From: Candidatus Woesearchaeota archaeon
GTDB lineage: Archaea > Nanobdellota > Nanobdellia > Woesearchaeales > UBA10216
NCBI GenBank assembly: GCA_016180195.1
Contig: JACPBS010000007.1
Coordinates: 9,104-73,103 of the forward strand
DNA: 64,000 bases
Direction of reading: 5' to 3'
Below are positions 57,398-64,000 of the stretch, piece after piece. The translations under genes and the position numbers were made by a program. Under the pieces are notes generated by a model that saw nothing but the letters and a program-made list of their open reading frames with translations, had not been told where the DNA came from and made no database searches. Position 1 is the stretch's first letter. Each line of letters starts with the position of its first letter.

Positions 57398-60300
57398 ATG
57401 GAAAAAGAAGACGACGAGCTATCAATAGATTTCGGCAAGATCTGGCCTTTTTCAAAGAAACAGGGAAAAAAAAGACCCGAACATCCTGAAAAAAGCGATC
57501 ATGATACCGAAACAAAGGGAGATGAACCTGAAAAATTGCAGGAAGAACCTACTGAGCATCATAAAACCGAAAAGCACGCTCATGAACACAGGAAAGCAGG
57601 AAAGCATGAACCCCAACAGACAGAAGAAGGAGAGGAAATAGACCTCAAGGAAATAGGGAACAAGATAAAAGGATTATTCAAAGCCAAAAAAGACCAAAAG
57701 GAGAAACAACCAACAGATGAAGAAGAGCTCTCCGTAGATACAAAGGCAATTTCAGCATTCGCAGCCCGCCACAAGGTAATAATGCTGCCCGCCCTACTAA
57801 TCCTGCTTGCAATCTACCTAAGCTTCACCATAAGGATGATGCCCTCCGAACTTGCATACACTGAGGACTGGGCCAGGCAAACAATATACTCATTCATAAG
57901 ATCCGACATAGGAAACGTAATAAACAGCCAATACCCAAACCTGCCTGACGACAAGAAAAACTCGCTTATAGAGGAAGAGCTTAACAAGGCAATACGCAGC
58001 AACAGCTACACAATACGAACAGGGCAATTCCAGGGACAAAACATCAACATAAAAGAGCAGGTCAAAGGATCTGCAGACCAGTACAAGTCATTCTTCCAGG
58101 ACGGCAAGGGAAACATGTACATGCCCGACATCGACCCATATTACTGGCTGAGGTATGCAAAAAACATAGTTGACCACGGTTACCCGGGAGACATACTGAA
58201 AGACGGCAGGAGCTACGACACCCTGCAGCTTGCACCCAACGGAAGATACATAGAGCCTGAGGACACGTTCCACCCCTACTCAATAGCCATACTTTTTTCT
58301 ATACTAAGCACTCTGAACCCCAACACAACCCTGATGGAAGCACAGATGATACTTCCCGTGATAATAGCCTCATTCATAATATTGTTCTCATTCCTGATAG
58401 CGAGAAGGATAGCGGGCGATATAGGAGGACTCTTCGCAGCAGTCATGGTCGCAATAAACCCGGCATTCCTCACAAGATCATTATATGGCCACGGCGACTC
58501 CGACTCCTGGGTATTGTTCTTCTCTGTTCTTGCAGCATACCTTTTCCTTGAGGCAATAGAGTCCAAGCAAGCCAAATGGCAGATTATCCTGGCAACATTA
58601 AGCGGACTGGCAATAGGGCTGTACTCAAGGTTCTGGGGAGGATGGTGGTACATATTTGATTTCCTCATAGCCGCATCCCTTGTATATGCAGGGTATTTCG
58701 TCATTGCAAACAGGAACCAGCTAAGAAACATGAAGATAATATCAAGCCCTGAAACCAAAACACTGGGCCTGGTCCTCGCTTCCTTCATCCTCATGTCAGG
58801 AATAAGCGTCTCGCTCCTTTCAAGCCCCGACACATTCATACTATCGCCGGTCAGCTCACTCAGCTTCGCGAGGATAAAAACGCCAGTCGAGGCGAGCCTG
58901 TGGCCGAACGTCCTGACAACAGTAGCTGAACTGAATGAAGGCGATGTCAACAGCATAATAAACAACGTGGGAGGAATCTTCCTTTTCTTCACAGGGCTAA
59001 TCGGAATAATGATTACGATGACAAAGAAAAGACTTGACACAACAGACCTCACATTCCTGTTTGGCTCCGCAGTTTGGTGGCTTACAATACTGATAGCGAG
59101 AAACTCGCTAATAAACAGCGGGCTCTCCCAGGTTGGCCTGATACTTTTACTGGCAGTGCCGATAGCAGCAAGAATAGCCTATGCTGCAATAAAATCAGAG
59201 CACATAGACATGAAGCTAGCTGCACTGCTGATAATATGGTTCATAGTTACGATGTACGCAAGCACAAAGGGCATAAGATTCGTAATGCTGATAGTGCCTG
59301 CATTCGGAATCGCATTCGGAGCAACAATGGGATTCCTATACAGGCAGATAAACAGCCTGCTCCCAAAAACATTCAGCCTTGACAGGAAAATATCATCGGC
59401 AGCAACAATCCTGCTTTTTGTTGCTCCAATGCTATTCTTCCTGGTAGTGCCGTCAACAAGCCTGGGAGCCATGTCAAGAAGCATCGCAAGCCAGGACGCT
59501 CCGATGATAAATGACGCATGGTATAACGCGCTCATATCAATAAGGGACAACTCCAACAAAACCGCAATAATAACATCATGGTGGGACTTCGGCCACCATT
59601 TCAAGGCACTCGCGGAAAGGCCAGTCACGTTTGACGGGACAACACAGGGAAGCCCGCAGGCACACTGGGTAGGACAAATCCTACGAACCGATAACGAGGA
59701 CATGGCAATAGGCATACTGAGAATGCTGGACTGCGGCGGGAACAACGCATTTGAAGAGATGCAAAAAACAAACGGAAACGACACACTGAAATCAGTGAAC
59801 GCACTCTACTCGATATTTGAAGAAGACAGGGAAGAAGCAGGAGAAACGCTAAAGGACAGATACGGGCTATCAGATAGCCAGGCTGAAAACGTGCTCAAAT
59901 ATACGCACTGCAACCCACCTGAAGCATTCTTCATAGCATCGGAAGACATGATAGGCAAGGCAGGCGTATGGGCTCACTTCGGAAGCTGGAATTTCGAAAG
60001 GGCCTACATATGGCAGAAACTAAGAGGAAAGACAATCGAGGAAGCAACCAGGGAAATGCAGCAAAAATTCGGCTACACCAAAGAACAGGCAGATCAAACA
60101 TACTTTGACATACAAAACATGAATGATGCAGAAGGCAACAGCTGGGTGGCACCATGGCCAGGGTACGGTCAGATAGACTCCTGCCAGACACAGGGTCAAA
60201 CAGCACACTGCAGCAACGGCATGAAAATAAACCTGACAAACATGGACGTGTACTTCACAAACCGTGAAGGCCAAACAGGACACCCCAGATCCGCCTCATA

Positions 60301-60910
60301 CCTTACCGAGGACGGAGCTGTCAAAACCACCCCATACAACCAGAATGTAGGGGTAGACCTTGCCGCAACCATAATACCCGAAGGACAGGATTACAAGATA
60401 ATCTTCTCATTCCCTGACCTTAACTCAAGCATGTTCACAAGGATGTTCTTCATGGAAGGGCACAGCCTTGAGCACTTCAAGCTGCTTACAAGGCAAAGAA
60501 GCATAACAGGAGCAGAGATTTACGTATACAAGGTAAACTGGGAAGGTGAAGAACCTACAATAAAGGAAGAGCTGAAAAAAAAGGAAACAATATCGCAAGG
60601 AGACAAGGTAACGTTCAATTACATAGGATACCTTGAAGACGGCAGCGTATTTGACAGCTCAGTCAACAACTGGAGAAGCATAAACATAACCAAAGACGAC
60701 GAATTCGACCAGGAAACAAGCCCTTTCACCTTCACAACCGGAAACAAGGAGATAATCCCGGGGCTTGAAGAAGAAATGATGGGAATGCGGAAAGGAGAGG
60801 AAAAAACAATAAAGGTCATCCCTGAGAAGGCATACGGGACAGACCCGACAGCACACCCGATGGGAAACAAGACACTGATTTTCAAGATAAGGATAGAGGA
60901 AATAAAATAA
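57398..60910 (+). CDS. aglB: Oligosaccharyltransferase AglB/STT3 with a C-terminal FKBP-type PPIase domain
   Basis: DIDPYY, RS..G..DSD, TVAEL, RF, SWWDFGH motifs; C-terminus GDKVTFNYIGYLEDGSVFDSS...IIPGLEE...PEKAYG...TLIFKI. Confidence 0.93.
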   Translation: MEKEDDELSIDFGKIWPFSKKQGKKRPEHPEKSDHDTETKGDEPEKLQEEPTEHHKTEKHAHEHRKAGKHEPQQTEEGEEIDLKEIGNKIKGLFKAKKDQKEKQPTDEEELSVDTKAISAFAARHKVIMLPALLILLAIYLSFTIRMMPSELAYTEDWARQTIYSFIRSDIGNVINSQYPNLPDDKKNSLIEEELNKAIRSNSYTIRTGQFQGQNINIKEQVKGSADQYKSFFQDGKGNMYMPDIDPYYWLRYAKNIVDHGYPGDILKDGRSYDTLQLAPNGRYIEPEDTFHPYSIAILFSILSTLNPNTTLMEAQMILPVIIASFIILFSFLIARRIAGDIGGLFAAVMVAINPAFLTRSLYGHGDSDSWVLFFSVLAAYLFLEAIESKQAKWQIILATLSGLAIGLYSRFWGGWWYIFDFLIAASLVYAGYFVIANRNQLRNMKIISSPETKTLGLVLASFILMSGISVSLLSSPDTFILSPVSSLSFARIKTPVEASLWPNVLTTVAELNEGDVNSIINNVGGIFLFFTGLIGIMITMTKKRLDTTDLTFLFGSAVWWLTILIARNSLINSGLSQVGLILLLAVPIAARIAYAAIKSEHIDMKLAALLIIWFIVTMYASTKGIRFVMLIVPAFGIAFGATMGFLYRQINSLLPKTFSLDRKISSAATILLFVAPMLFFLVVPSTSLGAMSRSIASQDAPMINDAWYNALISIRDNSNKTAIITSWWDFGHHFKALAERPVTFDGTTQGSPQAHWVGQILRTDNEDMAIGILRMLDCGGNNAFEEMQKTNGNDTLKSVNALYSIFEEDREEAGETLKDRYGLSDSQAENVLKYTHCNPPEAFFIASEDMIGKAGVWAHFGSWNFERAYIWQKLRGKTIEEATREMQQKFGYTKEQADQTYFDIQNMNDAEGNSWVAPWPGYGQIDSCQTQGQTAHCSNGMKINLTNMDVYFTNREGQTGHPRSASYLTEDGAVKTTPYNQNVGVDLAATIIPEGQDYKIIFSFPDLNSSMFTRMFFMEGHSLEHFKLLTRQRSITGAEIYVYKVNWEGEEPTIKEELKKKETISQGDKVTFNYIGYLEDGSVFDSSVNNWRSINITKDDEFDQETSPFTFTTGNKEIIPGLEEEMMGMRKGEEKTIKVIPEKAYGTDPTAHPMGNKTLIFKIRIEEIK

Positions 60911-60922
60911 GGAGGCAAATTT

Positions 60923-61588
60923 TTGAGACCTGACTTATATGCAGTGATTCCTGCCTATAATGAGGAAAAACACATAAAGGAAGTAGTGGAAAAGACAAAA
61001 AAATACCTCCCCGCGGAAAAGATAATAGTTGTTGACGACGGAAGCAAGGACAACACGTTTACTGAAGCAAAAAAAACAAACGTCAACGTGCTGAGGCACC
61101 TGGTAAACTTGGGCAAAGGGGCAGCACTAAAAACAGGATGCGACTACGCCATAAAAAAAGGTGCAGGAGCAATGATAGTGCTTGACTCAGACATGCAGCA
61201 TGACCCCAAGGAAATCCCGAATTTCGAAAAAGCGCTTACAAAATCGGAAATGGTGCTTGGCTACAGGGAGAAAAAAGACCAAATGCCATTCGTGCTAAAA
61301 GCAGGAAACTGGGCGATAGACACAACCTTAAGCCTATTGTTCGGAATAACCGTAAAGGACACGCAATCAGGCTACAGGGCATTCACAAAGGAAACATACA
61401 GCAGGATAAGATGGAAAGCCACGGACTACAGCGTGGAATCCGAGATGCTTGCCCTTGCAGGAAAACATCATGTAAGGCTAACCCAGATTCCAATCGAAAC
61501 AATCTACCACGACAGATACAAAGGAACAGGGGTGCTTGACGGAATTGCAATAGTGTCAAAAATGGTAATATGGAAGCTAACAAGGTGA
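60923..61588 (+). CDS. GT2 polyprenol-phosphate glycosyltransferase (DPM1-like)
   Basis: IPAYNEE, VDDGSKD, NLGKG, DSDMQH, DTQSGYR; GGAGG SD. Confidence 0.92.
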   Translation: MRPDLYAVIPAYNEEKHIKEVVEKTKKYLPAEKIIVVDDGSKDNTFTEAKKTNVNVLRHLVNLGKGAALKTGCDYAIKKGAGAMIVLDSDMQHDPKEIPNFEKALTKSEMVLGYREKKDQMPFVLKAGNWAIDTTLSLLFGITVKDTQSGYRAFTKETYSRIRWKATDYSVESEMLALAGKHHVRLTQIPIETIYHDRYKGTGVLDGIAIVSKMVIWKLTR

Positions 61589-61592
61589 GGAA

Positions 61593-61934
61593 ATGATACT
61601 GATAATACAGCTGATAGGCGTGCTTTTCGGCGTCCTAATAATGTACCTATCATTCATCAACCTCAAAAAAAAGGAATTCACAATAAACGAATGGGTATTC
61701 TGGACAGCAATAGCAGCATCGTTCGCACTGATCTCACTGTTCCCGGACATGCTCAACCCATTCATAAGGGCATTCAACATAAGCAGGAAAATGGACCTCC
61801 TCATAATAACAGGATTCATGACCCTAACAACAGTAATCTTCTACACATACAACATCGCGATGAAAAACCAGAAAAAGCTGGAGCAACTGGTCAGAAAAAC
61901 AGCGATGCAGGAAGCTGAAAGGAAGGGGAAATAG
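61593..61934 (+). CDS. DUF2304 family membrane protein
   Basis: Three TMs; FW, P, R..D pattern; LEQLVRKTA; follows GT2. Confidence 0.85.
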   Translation: MILIIQLIGVLFGVLIMYLSFINLKKKEFTINEWVFWTAIAASFALISLFPDMLNPFIRAFNISRKMDLLIITGFMTLTTVIFYTYNIAMKNQKKLEQLVRKTAMQEAERKGK

Positions 61935-61960
61935 TTTCCATCACAAAATTTTGTTGCAAA

Positions 61961-62773
61961 TCAGGGAGCATCCGTAGGGTCCCAGCAGGTCCTAAGGTTC
62001 TCGTTGAATCCGTCAAGAACAGCCATGTCCGCGCTGCTTATGATGAAATCAAACACATCCGCATTCTCAGCTATCCTATCTTCCCGGACAGATTTCGGGA
62101 GAACAACAAGCCCTTTCTGCAGGCACCATCTTACAAGAAGCTGGGCAGGGCTCTTTCCATACCTTGCCGCTAACGCGACAAGCCGGGGATCACTCAACCT
62201 TGCACCATGGGTAAGAGGGCTGTATGCCTCAACTAAAATGCCCTTCTTCGTGCAGAAATCAATCAGGTCCATCTGGTAAAGATAAGGATGCAACTCAACC
62301 TGATTGACAGCAGGCACAACACCCGCAATATCCAAAAGGCCTGAAAGATGCCTGACTGTAAAATTGCTGACCCCAATTGACCTGCACTTTCCCCTGCTAT
62401 GAAGAGCCTCAAGAATTTTCCAGGAAGCATTGCGCTGAGGAACAGGGAAATGGATAAGGTAAAGATCAACATAATCCATCCCAAGCCTTCTCAAGCTATC
62501 CTCAAGCGCTCGCACAGGATCATCATGGTGATCATTCCAAAGCTTTGTAGTTACAAAAATTTCCTCCCTTGGAATGCCGCTCTTCCTGATCGCACTACCC
62601 ACACCGGACTCGTTGCCATAAATGGCAGCTGTATCAATATGGCGGTAACCTGCATTCAAAGCAGCAAGAACAGCCCGCTCACAAACCTTACTATCAGCAA
62701 TCTGCCAGGTACCGAATCCGAGAAGAGGGATTTTCACACCGTTATTCAGCTTAACAGTTGAATCAATTTGCAT
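61961..62773 (-). CDS. Aldo/keto reductase
   Basis: GYRHIDTAAIYGNE, TTKLW, IGVSNF, NQVELHP, PKS. Confidence 0.95.
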   Translation of the reverse strand: MQIDSTVKLNNGVKIPLLGFGTWQIADSKVCERAVLAALNAGYRHIDTAAIYGNESGVGSAIRKSGIPREEIFVTTKLWNDHHDDPVRALEDSLRRLGMDYVDLYLIHFPVPQRNASWKILEALHSRGKCRSIGVSNFTVRHLSGLLDIAGVVPAVNQVELHPYLYQMDLIDFCTKKGILVEAYSPLTHGARLSDPRLVALAARYGKSPAQLLVRWCLQKGLVVLPKSVREDRIAENADVFDFIISSADMAVLDGFNENLRTCWDPTDAP

Positions 62774-62847
62774 TACATGTAAGCAGGCGGCATATTATAA
62801 AAAAGTTGTCAGTCAAATATTTAAAGTCACCAAGAAGACCGATTACA

Positions 62848-63462
62848 ATGATAAAGGCAGTGATATTTGACTTTGATGGAGTCATACATGACACATTGGA
62901 GCTCGCATACCGCATAAATACAGAGCTTCTCGGAGAGAAAGTTACAATAGCCGAATACAAGGACATGTTCAACGGCAACATATATGAAAACCCGAAGATA
63001 ACTCCTGAAAGAACCAGAAAATTCTTCGAGATGCAGATAGAGGAATTCAACAACCTGAAAATGGAAGAGGAAATAAAAAACGAGCTAATGAAAATAAATG
63101 AGGAATACCCCATGTTCATAATTTCATCGAACAAGGCAGAAACAATAAACAGCTATTTTGAATCTAACAACTTCCTGGGGAAATTCAAGGAAATCCTTGG
63201 GCTCGAAACCCACAAGTCAAAAGAGGAAAAATTCAAGATGTTGCTCAAAAATCACGGGCTTGAGAAAAAGGAATGCCTATTTATCACGGACACACTGGGG
63301 GACATACTGGAAGCAAACAGGATAGGGATAAGGACCATAGCGGTGGATTTCGGATTTCACGAAAGGGAAAGGCTTGAAAAAGGGAACCCCCTGCTCATAG
63401 TATCCCGCTTCACCGAAATACTGCCTGCGATCAAGAGAATAAGTCACTCAGGCTCAATATGA
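62848..63462 (+). CDS. HAD hydrolase (phosphoglycolate phosphatase-like)
   Basis: Start re-called to MIKAVIFDFDG; ISSN, K, TDTLGD. Confidence 0.9.
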   Translation: MIKAVIFDFDGVIHDTLELAYRINTELLGEKVTIAEYKDMFNGNIYENPKITPERTRKFFEMQIEEFNNLKMEEEIKNELMKINEEYPMFIISSNKAETINSYFESNNFLGKFKEILGLETHKSKEEKFKMLLKNHGLEKKECLFITDTLGDILEANRIGIRTIAVDFGFHERERLEKGNPLLIVSRFTEILPAIKRISHSGSI

Positions 63463-64000
63463 ATCGTGACATATTTTAATTCAGGAACCCTCTCTTTCAG
63501 TTCCTTCTTGATCTCCGCGGAAATGGAATGGGCCCTGACAATGCTCATCCTCTTGGGAACATGGATGTGAAATTCAAGAAAAATCCGGCTCCCACCCATC
63601 CTGGCCCTTAACTTATGATAGCGCACAATCTTATTTTCCCCAACAGCCCTATCCAGCACCTGCCTGATCTTACCGACCTTTCCGCTTTCAGGACTGAAAT
63701 CCATGAAAACAAAAAAAGACCTCTTCAGAAGGCCCCAAGCTAAATAAAGCATTATCAGGCCGACAGCAAAAGCAGCCAAAGGGTCGCCAAAAGCAAAGCC
63801 AAGCTCTGCCATAAGGAAGCCCGCCAAGACAGAAAGAGACCCGAGAACATCAGTGGAAAAATGAGCAGAGTCAGCTTCCAGCGCATGGCTCCCTCCTTCC
63901 TCCCTGGCAACCCTCAAAAGATACCTTGAGGTAAAAAATGCAACAAACATTGACACAACAATAAACACGATCCCAACTTTGGTATTCGAGATCTGAACAG
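63444..64000 (-). CDS. Cation diffusion facilitator transporter (5' end outside window)
   Basis: SHALEADSAHFSTD, DP, C-terminal IHIEP. Confidence 0.9.
   Translation of the reverse strand, partial: VQISNTKVGIVFIVVSMFVAFFTSRYLLRVAREEGGSHALEADSAHFSTDVLGSLSVLAGFLMAELGFAFGDPLAAFAVGLIMLYLAWGLLKRSFFVFMDFSPESGKVGKIRQVLDRAVGENKIVRYHKLRARMGGSRIFLEFHIHVPKRMSIVRAHSISAEIKKELKERVPELKYVTIHIEPE

Overview
Gene-dense archaeal chromosome segment using the standard genetic code. It carries aIF5A, aIF5B, aRF1, aEF1B, L40e, L37ae, RpoP, Pcc1, prefoldin, Trm1, TrmG10, RtcA and AglB. Gene content and protein style suggest a DPANN archaeon, probably Woesearchaeota-like (inference). Positions 1-30.7 kb are mostly information-processing housekeeping genes with a few orphans. 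Positions 30.7-56.1 kb form a mostly minus-strand cell-surface island: three PGF-pre-PGF proteins (one an S8 protease), a 1707-aa Ig-repeat glycoprotein, CARDB/S-layer-like proteins and a repeat-scrambled, twice-frameshifted adhesin gene. Positions 56.3-61.9 kb hold a GGR / AglB-FKBP fusion / GT2 / DUF2304 N-glycosylation cluster. Two tRNAs (Pro-TGG, Trp-CCA) each carry two BHB-type introns. Several small genes missing from the ORF track were translated by hand. No CRISPR array, rRNA, transposase, integrase or reverse transcriptase was seen. All family calls are from motif recognition; no database search was run.
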